From positions 128,581-192,580 of the forward strand of contig CAWFCS010000001.1 of the NCBI GenBank assembly GCA_963814395.1: a stretch of 64,000 bases of DNA, in the 5' to 3' direction. Both the position numbers and the translations under genes were made by a program. Under the pieces are notes generated by a model, which did not search any database, was not told the DNA's origin, and saw only the letters and a program-made list of their open reading frames with translations. Shown here one piece after another: positions 46,428 to 58,453 of the stretch (positions are counted from its first letter, which is position 1; each line of letters opens with the position of its first letter). The DNA comes from an uncultured Acidobacteriota bacterium. GTDB taxonomy: Bacteria > Acidobacteriota > Vicinamibacteria > Vicinamibacterales > UBA2999.

Positions 46428-47507
46428 GTGCGGGCGCTCGTGCTGCCCGTGCGCATCCTGGCGGGCTGCGCGATCGTCGGCCTGCTCTACGTCGGACGGC
46501 CGGTGTTGATCCCGATGGTGCTGTCGGTGTTCCTGTTCTACGCGCTCGATCCCCTCGTCGACCGGCTGCAGCGCTGGCACGTGCCGCGCGTGCTCGGCGC
46601 CGTCACCGTGGTGTGCGCGCTGGTGGGCGCCATGGGCACGGGCGCCGCGGCCCTGTGGCCGCAGGTGGAGACGGTCGTCACGCAGATTCCGGCCGGGGTG
46701 CAACAGCTCCGCACGACCCTGCGCCGCAGCCGCGCCCGAGCGGGGGAGCCCACCGCCCTGCAGAAGGTGCAGGCTGCCGCCGACGCTATCGACAAGGCTG
46801 CCGCCGAAAGCGCGCCGACGGTCGCCAACCGCGGCACGGTGATGGTCGAGATGACCGATCCGTGGCGCGTCTCCGACCTCTTGTGGTCGAGCGGCATCGG
46901 CATGGTGGCACGGGCTGGACAGTTGGTCGGCGTGCTGTTCCTCACGGTCTTCCTGCTCATCGAAGACGACGCGTTCAAGCGCAAGCTCGTGCGGCGCATG
47001 GACTCGCTCGGCGAACAGCGCGTCACGGTCGGCATCCTCAACGACGTGGCCGCGCAGATCGAGCGCTTCATCTGGGTGCAGGCTGTGACGTCGGCCGGCG
47101 TGGCGCTCGTGACGGGGCTCGCGCTGTGGGGGCTCGGCGTGGCGCAGCCAGCGGTGTGGGGCGTGTTTGCCGGCGTCATGAACCTGGTGCCCTTCTTCGG
47201 GCCCTTCATCGTCACCTGCGTGCTCGCCGCGGTGGCCTTCCTGCAGTTCGGCAGCCTGACCAGCGCGGCGCTCATCGCCGGCGTCACGCTCGCCATCACG
47301 TCGATCGAGGGCAACATCGTGACGCCGCACCTGCTCAGCCGTGCCGGCTCGCTCAACATGGTGGTGCTGTTCGTGGCCATCGCCTTCTGGAGCGGCGTAT
47401 GGGGCGCGGCCGGCATGTTGCTGGCCGTGCCGATTCTGATGGCGGTGAAGGTGATTGCGGATCGCGTGGCCGGATTCGAAGGACTCGCCGACATGCTGAG
47501 CGCCTGA
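46428..47507 (+). CDS. AI-2E family transporter (PerM-like)
   Basis: Multi-TM. ..NLVPFFGPFI.. motif. Confidence 0.75.
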   Translation: MRALVLPVRILAGCAIVGLLYVGRPVLIPMVLSVFLFYALDPLVDRLQRWHVPRVLGAVTVVCALVGAMGTGAAALWPQVETVVTQIPAGVQQLRTTLRRSRARAGEPTALQKVQAAADAIDKAAAESAPTVANRGTVMVEMTDPWRVSDLLWSSGIGMVARAGQLVGVLFLTVFLLIEDDAFKRKLVRRMDSLGEQRVTVGILNDVAAQIERFIWVQAVTSAGVALVTGLALWGLGVAQPAVWGVFAGVMNLVPFFGPFIVTCVLAAVAFLQFGSLTSAALIAGVTLAITSIEGNIVTPHLLSRAGSLNMVVLFVAIAFWSGVWGAAGMLLAVPILMAVKVIADRVAGFEGLADMLSA

Positions 47508-47528
47508 GGCTGCTATGCTGCCCAGGAG

Positions 47529-47891
47529 ATGCTCATCCTGATTGTCGACGACGAGCCTCACAGCGCCAGCGCGCTGGCCATGTTGTTACAGGCTCACGGT
47601 CACGTCTCGCACGTGGCGCACGACGGTCAAGAGGCGTGTGAGCGCGCCGACGATCTGCGTCCCGAGGTGATTCTGCTCGACCTGAGCCTGCCGGATCTGA
47701 GCGGCTACGACGTGTGCCGCCACATCCGGTCGCAGGCCTGGGCCACGCCGCCCTTCATCGTCGCCCTCACCGGCTGGGGACAACAATCGGACCGGCAGCG
47801 CACGCAGGAGGCTGGCTTCGACCGGCATCTGGTGAAGCCCATCGATCCCGAAGAGCTGCTGCGCGTGCTGAACCAGCGGTTCTCCGCGTGA
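47529..47891 (+). CDS. response regulator receiver protein
   Basis: ILIVDDE..LLDLSLPD..KP. Confidence 0.8.
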   Translation: MLILIVDDEPHSASALAMLLQAHGHVSHVAHDGQEACERADDLRPEVILLDLSLPDLSGYDVCRHIRSQAWATPPFIVALTGWGQQSDRQRTQEAGFDRHLVKPIDPEELLRVLNQRFSA

Positions 47892-47944
47892 GCCGGCGCC
47901 TGATAGGCTCGGGAGACGTGAGTTCCGCTCGACTGACACCCGAC

Positions 47945-49294
47945 ATGCACTCCCAGGACGCCGCCTCCCGGCAGTTGCTGGCCCTGGCCCTGCACCTTGC
48001 CGCCCGGCGCGACGCCGTCCTGCAGGCGTGGCGCGCGGCCGTGCGAGCTGATCCCACGCTCACGACCGCGTCCTCGCTGCCGCGCAGTCAGTTCAACGAC
48101 CATATCCCTGGCCTGCTCGATGCCTTCGAACAGCGCCTCAAAGCCTGGCCGCGCAGTGAAAGCGCCGCCTCGGGTGCCCGGCGTCACGACGATGCCGCCA
48201 GCCACGGCCTGCAGCGCTGGCAGCAGGGCTACCACCTGCGCGAGGTGACGCGCGAGTGGGGGCATCTGCAGGTGTGCCTCACCGACGAGCTCACGGGCTA
48301 CTTCCTGGCCCAGGCCGGCCTCGACCCGGCGGTGCAGCCGGCGGCGTTTCGGGCGCTTGCGGAGCTGTGCGGACAAGGCGTGAGTGAGAGCGCCACACAG
48401 TACTTCCAGATTCAGCAGGACGAAGCCGCGGGCCACGTGCGCGAGATGGAGCGGCATCTGGCGGAGGTGCGCGAGCTCGAGGCGAGCCGCGTGGAGCTCT
48501 TCCGGCAGGCCGCCCACGACCTGCGCGGCAACGTCGGCGTGGTGCGCAATGCCACGGCGGGCCTGGCGCGCGAGGAGATCCCCGAGCCCATGCGCGACGG
48601 TCTCCTGCGCCTGCTGCAGCGCAGCGTGTCGTCGCTGCACGGCCTGCTCGACGAGGTGATGGACCTGTCGCGCTTGCAGGCCGGTCAGGAGGCCCGCGAC
48701 GTCCAGGCCATGGACGCGGCCGTGCTGCTCGCCGACCTCGTCGAGCAGTTGCGGCCGCTGGCCACCGAGCGCGGTCTGTATCTGCGCACCGAAGGGCCGC
48801 TCGCGCTGCGCGTGCACGGCGACGGGCCAAAGGTGCGGCGCATCGTGCAGAACCTGGTGATGAACGGCGTGAAGTACACGCGCGCGGGCGGCGTGACGGT
48901 GAGCTGGGGCGATAGCCGCGACAACGACGTGGGCCGCTGGATGGTGTGCGTGCAGGACACCGGCCCCGGGTTCGACGGGGGCGCCAGCGCGCCCATGGCG
49001 GAGGTGCTGAAGGACGCCACCGTGGAGTCACGCGAAGTGGATGCGCACGCGCCGCACGGCGCCTCTGGCCCGGCGCCGGCCGAGCCGGCACCGCCGGTGC
49101 GCGCCGCGGGGCTAGCGGTCGACGAGGAGCGCGGCGAGGGCATCGGCCTGTCGATCGTGAAGCGCCTGTGCGAACTGCTCGACGCCAGTGTGGAACTCGA
49201 GTCGCTGCCGGGCGCGGGCACCACGTTCCGCATCGTGCTGCCGCGCCGCTACGACAGCGACGAGCGTCCACCCCGCGCGATGGCGGCGGGGTGA
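47945..49294 (+). CDS. sensor histidine kinase
   Basis: ..FRQAAHDLRG H-box. ..GEGIGLSIV.. G-box. Confidence 0.75.
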   Translation: MHSQDAASRQLLALALHLAARRDAVLQAWRAAVRADPTLTTASSLPRSQFNDHIPGLLDAFEQRLKAWPRSESAASGARRHDDAASHGLQRWQQGYHLREVTREWGHLQVCLTDELTGYFLAQAGLDPAVQPAAFRALAELCGQGVSESATQYFQIQQDEAAGHVREMERHLAEVRELEASRVELFRQAAHDLRGNVGVVRNATAGLAREEIPEPMRDGLLRLLQRSVSSLHGLLDEVMDLSRLQAGQEARDVQAMDAAVLLADLVEQLRPLATERGLYLRTEGPLALRVHGDGPKVRRIVQNLVMNGVKYTRAGGVTVSWGDSRDNDVGRWMVCVQDTGPGFDGGASAPMAEVLKDATVESREVDAHAPHGASGPAPAEPAPPVRAAGLAVDEERGEGIGLSIVKRLCELLDASVELESLPGAGTTFRIVLPRRYDSDERPPRAMAAG

Positions 49295-49301
49295 GCCGCC
49301 G

Positions 49302-49502
49302 CTATTTCTTCAGGAGCAACGCGAGGCCGCCGACGAGCATCAACCCGCCGGCAATCGGCGGCAGCGCCACCGACTCCCGCTTGTCGGCGGAGATCTCGAT
49401 CGGGCCGACATCCACGATCTTGTCCTTGCGCGTCCACGAGAACCCGCCATAGGCCAGCGCCAACACGCCGCACACAATCAACACCATTCCCAACGCCTTC
49501 AT
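49302..49502 (-). CDS. small two-TM membrane protein
   Basis: MKALGMVLIVCGVLALAYGG...GGLMLVGGLALLLKK. Confidence 0.45.
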   Translation of the reverse strand: MKALGMVLIVCGVLALAYGGFSWTRKDKIVDVGPIEISADKRESVALPPIAGGLMLVGGLALLLKK

Positions 49503-49572
49503 GCCATCCTCCTCGGGCCGGATTCGTGCCGGCCACACGCACTCTTGCAACTGCTGTTCCGCCGGTGCCGGG

Positions 49573-49908
49573 CTACACGAGACCGGTTGGCGGATCGCCC
49601 GGCTTGTCAGGCTGCGGACTCCACGGATTGGCCGGGCGGGTGTGCGACGCCACGGGCCGCTTCCAGCGGCCCATGCCCACGACGATGCAGCCGACGCCCA
49701 ACGCCAGCGTCAGGCCGGCGAGGGGGGCGATGACCACGGGCGCCACCGACGCGCCATCCGCGCGATCCGCGGGCACGCCGCCATCGGGGCCCTGCGACGG
49801 GCCTCCCGACTGCTCGATGACGTTGCGGGACGATTGGAAGCAGGCTGCGGCCGACCCGCCGAGACCAGCCACGACCATGAACACGCCGACGGGTAGCAAC
49901 CACCGCAT
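49573..49908 (-). CDS. hypothetical membrane protein
   Basis: Two hydrophobic segments. Preceded by a sigma-54-type promoter. Confidence 0.4.
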   Translation of the reverse strand: MRWLLPVGVFMVVAGLGGSAAACFQSSRNVIEQSGGPSQGPDGGVPADRADGASVAPVVIAPLAGLTLALGVGCIVVGMGRWKRPVASHTRPANPWSPQPDKPGDPPTGLV

Positions 49909-49959
49909 TGAGACCTCCTCTGCCGCCCGCCGTCGTGGCAGGCCGTGCATGGAGGCAAG

Positions 49960-49976
49960 AGCAAGGGCCGTTCCAG
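49960..49976 (-). promoter_or_regulatory. sigma-54 (-24/-12) promoter candidate
   Basis: The minus strand reads CTGGAACGGCCCTTGCT versus the consensus YTGGCACGrNNNTTGCW. About 50 nt upstream of ATG 49908, directly downstream of the sigma-54 activator gene. Confidence 0.5.
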
Positions 49977-49992
49977 GTGGAACGCGGCCCGC

Positions 49993-51500
<1,508 letters not shown>

Positions 51501-51504
<4 letters not shown>

Positions 51505-52160
51505 GCGCTCACCACCGGAAAGAGCAGGCCCACGGCCGCGCCCGGCTCGCGGTGCTGCCAGGTGCGCACGCCGTGCCGCTCGAGCACCGCGGCCGCCCAG
51601 AACAGTGACAGCCCGAAGCCGCCGCGCACGAGCATCGGGGTGGCCGCGTCGGGGGCGTCGGGGTGCGGCGGCAATGCCGCCACCGCCTGGGCGCCGCCGA
51701 CGCTCAGCGTCATCGTCGAGCCGAGGGTCTCGGTCATGGCCATCACCTTGTCGTCGGGCCCGGCGTCGGCGCAGGCCATCGTGCCGAATGCCGCCACGGC
51801 GGTGGCCAGATCATGCGTGCCATCGGTGGCGATCAGATGTGCTGCCAGCGGAGGGCCGCTGCGGACGGGCGCATGACGCGACAGCGCCTCGTGCACGGCG
51901 TCGAACACGGTCGCGGCGCTGACCCGTGCCAGCAGACTGGGCGCGACCCCTTCGGTCGTGGCGCCGAGCCGCCCCATGTCGTTGCAGAGCGCGGCGATGC
52001 GGCCGAGCGCGTCACGTGTGCGCTCGATCGCGGCAGCCTGTTCGGTGGTGCTGGTGAGCCGGCCCTCGGCCATGAGCTTGAGGTATCCCTGCGAGACAGC
52101 CAACGGCGTTCGAATCTCGTGGGCCAATACATTCAAGACACGCGCCAGTTCGGTCTCCAC
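51501..52160 (-). CDS. soluble histidine-kinase-like protein (HisKA H-box)
   Basis: ..LAHEIRTPL H-box. 4-nt overlap with the regulator gene. ATPase motifs not evident. Confidence 0.5.
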
Positions 52161-52323
52161 AGTGCACCGAGCCTAACACGAGCCATGACGCCGCCTTGGC
52201 ATGCCGATTGAAGCTGAAGCCCGTGCGCGCCGCCATCGTCGGGGTGAGTGAGCACTCTCGAACGTGGCGGTGTGGCGCGCACGGGTCAGATTCGGTATCG
52301 AACTTCCCAGGGGTAGCACGCAC

Positions 52324-52926
52324 ATGACCGATCTCTCGACCATGGAACGGGCACTGAACATCATCGCCGTCGGCATCGCGCTGCAAACCGTGTTGCTGAT
52401 CGGCGGCGCCGTTGCCGCCTATCTGGCCTACCGGCGCACCACGGTTGCGCTCACCGGGCAGATCGTGGAACTGCGCGCCATGGCCGATGCGTTGTCGGTC
52501 ACCGTCAACCGCGCCGCTGACACGGTGGCGCACGGCGCACACGTCGTGACGTCGGCCGTCGACGACGCGCGGCAATCGGCGCACAACGCCGCGGCCTGGC
52601 TGAACACCGCGGCCGCGGTCGTGACGACCCCGCGCACCGCCGCCGCCATGGGGCTGCTGCGCGGCGTGGCGTGGTGGAAAAACCGCCGCCGGGCCGCGCG
52701 GACCGGCCCGCGTCAACCATCCGTTCTGATCGCCTCTGTGACCAACGCTTCTCAAGACTGGAGACCGCCCATCATGTTGAACACCCTGCTCATCGTTCTC
52801 GTCGTGCTGTGGCTGCTCGGAATGGTCAGCTCCTACACGCTCGGTGGCTTCATCCACCTGCTGCTGGTGCTCGCCGTGGCCGTGATGCTCATTCGCGTCA
52901 TTCAAGGGCGCAACCCGGTCAGTTGA
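52324..52926 (+). CDS. membrane/coiled protein ORF running in frame into an lmo0937-type peptide
   Basis: N-terminal TM plus Ala-rich helix. No stop before 52926. Confidence 0.35.
   Translation: MTDLSTMERALNIIAVGIALQTVLLIGGAVAAYLAYRRTTVALTGQIVELRAMADALSVTVNRAADTVAHGAHVVTSAVDDARQSAHNAAAWLNTAAAVVTTPRTAAAMGLLRGVAWWKNRRRAARTGPRQPSVLIASVTNASQDWRPPIMLNTLLIVLVVLWLLGMVSSYTLGGFIHLLLVLAVAVMLIRVIQGRNPVS
52774..52926 (+). CDS. lmo0937-family small membrane protein
   Basis: MLNTLLIVLVVLWLLGMVSSYTLGGFIHLLLVLAVAVMLIRVIQGR. Confidence 0.6.
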   Translation: MLNTLLIVLVVLWLLGMVSSYTLGGFIHLLLVLAVAVMLIRVIQGRNPVS

Positions 52927-53003
52927 CCGTCGGCCCGTTCCGGGGGCCGTTCGGCGCGTTGCGTTGGCGCCCCCCATTCGGCACTTTCAGGAGACCTTCG
53001 ACC

Positions 53004-53573
53004 ATGACCATGCGAATACTTACGACGGCTGCGCTCGCCCTTGTCCTCGATGCGGCCACTCCCCGGGCCGCCCACGCCGACTGGCTGCTGACGCCTTACC
53101 TGGGTGTGACGTTCGGCGGCGACGCGGAGAAACAGCAGGTCAACTACGGCCTGAGCGCGGCGTTCCTCGGCGGCGGCATCTTCGGCATCGAAGTCGATGC
53201 GGCGCTCACGCCCAACTTCTTCGAGTCCGACTCGGGCCTGATCGACGACAGCAATGTCTCCACGCTGATGGCCAATCTGATGGTGGCGGCGCCCGACGGG
53301 CGCGCCGCTCCGGCCCTACGCCTCGGGCGGGGTCGGCATCATCCGCTACAAGGCCACCAGCGTGGGCAACTTCTTCGACCTCGATGACAGCAGCTTCGGC
53401 GTGAACATCGGCGGCGGTGTGCTGGCGCAGGTGGGCGCCCAAGGTGGGCATTCGCGGCGACATCCGCTACTTCCGCTCGGTGCAGGATTCCGACGGCGGC
53501 GACGATCTCGACATCGACTTCGGCCAGCTTCAACTTCTGGCGCGGCACCCTGGGTGTGACCTTCCGCTTCTGA
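53004..53573 (+). pseudogene. outer-membrane beta-barrel protein, three frame changes as sequenced
   Basis: Signal MTMRILTTAALALVL. ..RPYASGGVGIIRYKA.. / ..VGIRGDIRYF.. / ..NFWRGTLGVTFRF* in shifting frames. Confidence 0.55.
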
Positions 53574-53594
53574 TCCCCATCAGGGCGGGCCGCG

Positions 53595-54639
53595 ATGACC
53601 GAATCGGAGTTTCGCCTCGTCGCTGACCTGGGCACGGCGTTCTATTTCCGTGCGGCCGGTCCGCGGGCTCCGGCTCGGCTCAGCGCCGGCTTCTTCGTCC
53701 TCACCGGCGTGGCGCAGCCGCCCGCCTGGGTGGCACTGGACCGATGTGATCCACCCCGACGACCGGCCCTCGTTCGTCGCGAGCTGGACGCGGGCAGAGG
53801 CCGATCATGCGCGACTCGACACCGAGGTGCGGCTGACCGGGACCGATGGCCGTGACCATTGGTACCGGGTGCGCGCGGAGCCGCTCGAGCCCGATGACGG
53901 GGGGTCGTGCGCGTGGGTGGGCGTGGCCCTGGACGTGTCCGAGACGGCGGCGGCCCACGCGCAACTCACCACCGAATTCCTGGCCACGGCGTCGCACGAA
54001 CTTCGCACGCCGCTCAACGCCATTGCGGGCTGGCTGCACGTGCTCAAGCTGCACGCGCGTGACGACCTGCCGCAGTGGCACGCCCTGGCTGCGATCGAGC
54101 GCAATCTGCTGGCCGAGAAGACCCTGATCGAGGGCCTGCTCGACGTGGCCCGGCTGGCGCGCGGCGCGGTCACGATCGTGCCGGCCCGCGTCGACCTCAG
54201 CGACCTCGTGCGAACCTGTGCGGCGAATGCTACGCCCGCCGCCGCCGCGAAAGGTGTGGCGCTGCGCGTGGACGCACCGATGGATCCGGTGGTGGTCACC
54301 GCCGACCGCGTGAAGATCGAACAGGTGGTGTGGCACCTCCTGGCCAACGCCATCCGGCACACCGCCGGTGCCGGTCAGGTGCACATCCAGGTGGGGCACG
54401 ACCACGGGCGGGCCTGGCTGCGCGTACGGGACTCCGGCGAGGGCATCGACGCCACGTTCCTGCCGCACGTGTTCGAGCCCTTCAGTCAACGACCCCTGGT
54501 CGCCACCCGGGTGGGTCTCGGCCTGGGCCTGAGCGTGGTGCGCGCGCTGGTCGAGTTGCACGGCGGGTCGGTGTCCGCCGCCAGCGACGGGCCAGGGCAC
54601 GGCGCCGTGTTCGAAGTGACGCTGCCGAGCGCGGCATGA
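53595..54639 (+). pseudogene. PAS-domain sensor histidine kinase, one frame change as sequenced
   Basis: ..FFVLTGV / ..WTDVIHPDDRP..WYRVRAEP (PAS). ..ASHELRTPLN H-box. ..GLGLGLSVV G-box. Confidence 0.7.
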
Positions 54640-55022
54640 TTCTCGTGGTCGACGACTATCCCGACACGCTCGACGTGTGGACCGTGTCACTGCAGGCTGC
54701 GGGGTTCGACGTGGTCACGGCCGTCGACGGCCTGACGGCGCTGGCCATGGCCGAGGCCCTGCTGCCCGATCTGGTGGTGCTCGACCTCGAGCTGCCCGGC
54801 CGCAGCGGCTACGACGTGGCGACGTCGCTGCGGCAGAATCCGGCCACGCGGCACATTCCCCTGATTGCCGCCACCGGGTTCTCGCACGAGGCGCAACTCG
54901 CGCGCGCCCGGCGTGCCGGCTTCGACGTGATCGTGATCAAGCCGTGCGACCCGGGCGAGCTCATCGCCCACATCCATCGGCTGATTGCCGCATGCCGCAT
55001 CTGGGCAGCGCGCTACCAATGA
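54636..55022 (+). CDS. response regulator receiver protein
   Basis: ILVVDDYPD..VLDLELPG..IKP. ATGA overlap with the kinase. Confidence 0.8.
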   Translation: MILVVDDYPDTLDVWTVSLQAAGFDVVTAVDGLTALAMAEALLPDLVVLDLELPGRSGYDVATSLRQNPATRHIPLIAATGFSHEAQLARARRAGFDVIVIKPCDPGELIAHIHRLIAACRIWAARYQ

Positions 55023-55138
55023 CGGCAGTGAAGGTCTTCGCCGGGAGTGCCATGGCCGGCGCGGACGATGGCGCGGAGCTTGCTCACACCGCGATGTCGC
55101 CGACTGGTGCATACCGGCGGCGCGAACAGGAGAGGGAT

Positions 55139-55445
55139 ATGTCCATGTCGAGATACGAACGAGAGAGCAGCGGCGCCGGTTTCGCGGCGGGCGCGCTCAC
55201 CGGAGCGCTGGTGGGCGCTGGTCTGGCGCTGCTGCTGGCGCCCAAGGCGGGCGCCGAGCTGCGCGAAGAGCTGGGCGAGTCGTTGACGTCGTTGCGCGAG
55301 CGCCGTGGCGCGTCGCTACCGTGAGCTGGCCGCGCGCGCCGGGGTCGAGATCGAAAATCTCGAAGAGCGCGTGGATGCCGCCGCCGAGTCGATCGAAGTC
55401 AGCGCCCGCGAGTTGCTGTCCCGGTCGCCGAGGAGCCAGGCATGA
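55139..55445 (+). pseudogene. YtxH-like protein, one frame change as sequenced
   Basis: ..GALTGALVGAGLALLLAPKAGAELREEL.. then ..RYRELAARAGVEIENLEERV in the next frame. Confidence 0.5.
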
Positions 55446-55918
55446 AGACCCTGGCCGATGCGTTCCATCACACCCTGCAAGACGTCTATTTCGCCGAGCA
55501 CGCGCTGATCAAGGCGCTGCCCAAGGTGATCAAGGCCGTGACGCAGTCCGATCTGAAGGCTGCGCTCAAGGCGCACCTGGCCGAAACCAAGGGGCACGTC
55601 ACCACTCTCGAACGCGTGTTCGCATCGGTGGGGGAAAAAGCCACGGGCGTGAAATGCGACGCCATCGAAGGCCTCATCAAGGAATGCGAGGGCGTCGTCG
55701 ACGAGGCCACTGGCAAGGTGGCCCGGCACGCGGCCATTCTGGGCTGCTGCCAGGCCATCGAGCACTACGAGATCGCACGCTACGGCACCTTGCGCGAATG
55801 GGCCAAGGCGCTCGGCAATCACGAGGCGCACGAGCTGCTCGGGCAGATTCTCGACCAGGAGAAGGCCGCCAATCACACGCTCACGCACCTGGCCGTGACA
55901 GCGGTGAACGCGGCGTAG
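55442..55918 (+). CDS. ferritin-like DUF892 (YciE/YciF-type) protein
   Basis: ..LQDVYFAEHALIKALPK..AIEHYEIARYGTL. Confidence 0.7.
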   Translation: MKTLADAFHHTLQDVYFAEHALIKALPKVIKAVTQSDLKAALKAHLAETKGHVTTLERVFASVGEKATGVKCDAIEGLIKECEGVVDEATGKVARHAAILGCCQAIEHYEIARYGTLREWAKALGNHEAHELLGQILDQEKAANHTLTHLAVTAVNAA

Positions 55919-55936
55919 CGGCGACGCCGGCTCGGC

Positions 55937-56864
55937 CTACGGCCGGCCGGTGGGTGGCGGTGTGGCCCCCGACACCGTCACCTTGAGCAGGCTGGTCGTC
56001 CAGCAGCAACCCGTGGCACCACCGCCTGGACCCGACAGGTCGTTGGCGGTCACGTGCAGCAGGTAGTCGCCGGGTTCACTGAAGGTGACCGTGGTAGACG
56101 CCTTGCCCGCGTAGGGCTCGGCCGGCTTGCCACCCTTCAGCGTGGTCACCTTGTGGTGGTCCTTGGCGACCGTGACCTTGCCAGGGCCGCGATACTTGGC
56201 CACCACGAGCGTCACCACCTGCTCGTGTTCGCCGATCGGCGCGTTCGAACCGCTCGAATACAGCGCGTCGTCTTCCACCCACAGGTCGAGCGTCATCGGC
56301 ATGCCCACCATGGCCACGCGGGCGATCGCCTTCGCGACGGTCGCCTCCGGGTTCTGGAGCCCCGGGCCGTTGGCTGAGAAGCGCAACACGGCCGGCTTGT
56401 TGTACTTGCCCCCAGGGCTCTCTTCCGACGCCGTCTGCGGCGTGATGTTGTAGTCGGGTGTCGACGAGAGAGGCACACGCTGGGTCACCCCGTTCACGGT
56501 GAGCACCCACCACAGCTTCTCGGTGGCGCCCTTCGGCACGGTGACCGTGAACATCCCGAAGTTCCGATTGGGCAGGAAGTGCGTGGGCTGGCCACGATCC
56601 GGATCGCCCGGCTCGAAATGGTTGTTGGGCCCGATCGGCACGTCGATCTCGTCGGTCCAGTTGCGGCTGTAGTAGCCCACGAGAAACGTGCGCGTGCCGT
56701 CGGGGTTGTCGTACCACCCGTCGTAGGCCGGCGACACGCTGGCGCCGAACGCCTTCTTCGGTGCGCTCGGCAGCAGTTGTCCCTGGAGGGACGACGTGGT
56801 GCCCGTGAGGGCCAGAGGCCACCGCGCTCGCGGCGGCCAGTCGACGCATCTGAAATGAGCTCAT
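55937..56864 (-). pseudogene. exported hypothetical protein, one frame change as sequenced
   Basis: Signal MSSFQMRRLAAASAVAS in one frame and the mature part (..SPAYDGWYDNPDGT..) in another. Confidence 0.45.
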
Positions 56865-56883
56865 CGCAGTGTTCCTCAGAGCG

Positions 56884-58272
56884 CTACCGCTGCTGGCTGG
56901 TGGTCGATTGGGCCTTCTTCTTGGCGACGCGCTCGGCATACTCCGCGTCCGAGAGATACACGACGTTCATCCAGGCGTGCGCCATCTCGTCGACCGTGCG
57001 GTCGCCGTAGCCCACCCACTGATCGGGATCGGGGTTGCTCTTGTTGGCCTTCGTGTTGTCGTAGTAGGCCGTCACGTGGATGATGGTGCCCTTGGGGAAG
57101 ACCGGCGAGGCGTCGTCCTCGTAGATGTAGTTGGTCATCCAGTTGAAGTTGAAATCGGACACGTAGCTGACGACCTCGGTGCGGCCGTCGGGCAGGATGG
57201 CCTCGACCTGCATCGCCTTGCCGCGCAGATGGAAGTGCGGCTGGAAGTTGGTGATGATGGTGTTTTCCTTCAGCACCGTGAAGCCTTCGGTGTAGGCGAT
57301 CGAGTTGGGCGGGATGTCGAGCGCCGCGGTGCCGTTCTTGAGGCCCGTGAAGCCGATCAGGTAGCTGCGCTTGGTGGGTTCCTCGCCTTTGGGATACAGC
57401 CACAGCCCGATCTCCGACGCGCTCGTGATGGCCTCGCCCGAGGCGTGGATGTGCTGATCCCACGAGATCTTCTCGCCCGGCATGATCAGCTTGCCCGTGC
57501 CGTCCATGAAGCGGTCGTAGCCCTTGCCGATGGCCCATTCCATGAGCTGCGGCCGGCGGTTGACGAGGTCGGCGGCCGACGCGGCGGCCGGCGCCCCGGG
57601 CCGCACTACGCCGGTGTTCACGGCGGCGACGTTGTCGGGATTGAGGATGTGATACGCGATCGAGTGGTGCAGGATCTTGCGGCCCTCGAGATTGGCGGGC
57701 CGAATCTCGACCATCCGCACCCAGCGCGGCTCGGTGATCGGAATCTCGCTCACCGGGCGCCACCACACGTCCTGGTGCACGGCCGGCATGGTCTGCATCG
57801 GCGCGGTGATCACGACGTCGGGCGGGCCGTAGCCGTCGCGTTGCCCCTGCCAATAGAGGCCCTGGGTGACGGGCTTGGCGGTGAAGTCGGCCGGGTTGCC
57901 CTCGGGCGCGCCCTGGTCGACCCAGTTGACGACCGTGGCGATCTCGGCGTCGGTGAGCGACATGTCGTTCTTGAACTTCTGCACGCCCACGCTGCGGTCG
58001 ATGTGCCAGGGCGGCATCTGCCGCGTGGCCACGCGCGCCCTGATCGACTTGGCCCACGGTCGCGCCTCGCGGAAGGTCACGAGCGACATGGGCGCAATCG
58101 ATCCGGGCTCGTGGCACGACTGGCACTTGGCCTGGAAGATGGGCGCGACGTCTTTGGCGAACGTCACCGGTGCGGCAGGGGCCGCGGCGTGCGCGGGTGC
58201 GGGCACTGCGAACAGACCAACGGCCGCCAGAGCCGTCACTCCCAGACGAAGCATCGTTCCGGTCATCGTCAA
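56884..58272 (-). CDS. c-type cytochrome domain protein, secreted
   Basis: CQSCH haem motif after the signal peptide. Confidence 0.65.
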   Translation of the reverse strand: MTMTGTMLRLGVTALAAVGLFAVPAPAHAAAPAAPVTFAKDVAPIFQAKCQSCHEPGSIAPMSLVTFREARPWAKSIRARVATRQMPPWHIDRSVGVQKFKNDMSLTDAEIATVVNWVDQGAPEGNPADFTAKPVTQGLYWQGQRDGYGPPDVVITAPMQTMPAVHQDVWWRPVSEIPITEPRWVRMVEIRPANLEGRKILHHSIAYHILNPDNVAAVNTGVVRPGAPAAASAADLVNRRPQLMEWAIGKGYDRFMDGTGKLIMPGEKISWDQHIHASGEAITSASEIGLWLYPKGEEPTKRSYLIGFTGLKNGTAALDIPPNSIAYTEGFTVLKENTIITNFQPHFHLRGKAMQVEAILPDGRTEVVSYVSDFNFNWMTNYIYEDDASPVFPKGTIIHVTAYYDNTKANKSNPDPDQWVGYGDRTVDEMAHAWMNVVYLSDAEYAERVAKKKAQSTTSQQR

Positions 58273-58453
58273 CTCCTTGTCGGGCGGGTCACCGTGTGGC
58301 CCTCGACCACTGCAGTTCCCATGCCTGAGTTGGATGACGAAATACCGACGTATTCCGTAAGAAATCAGTGGGCGCGAGGGGTGTGCGGGGGAATTCCCCG
58401 CGCCCGTCCCACGGCCGTTTCCGCAGGCCCTCGGGCCCCGGCCGGCGAGCCGA

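Noticed and set aside
52197-52211. A second sigma-54 promoter (TTGGCATGCCGATTGAA) upstream of 52324
   Set aside because: The -24 element is good, but the -12 element is TTGA rather than TTGC, so the critical GC is lost. Too weak to call without data.
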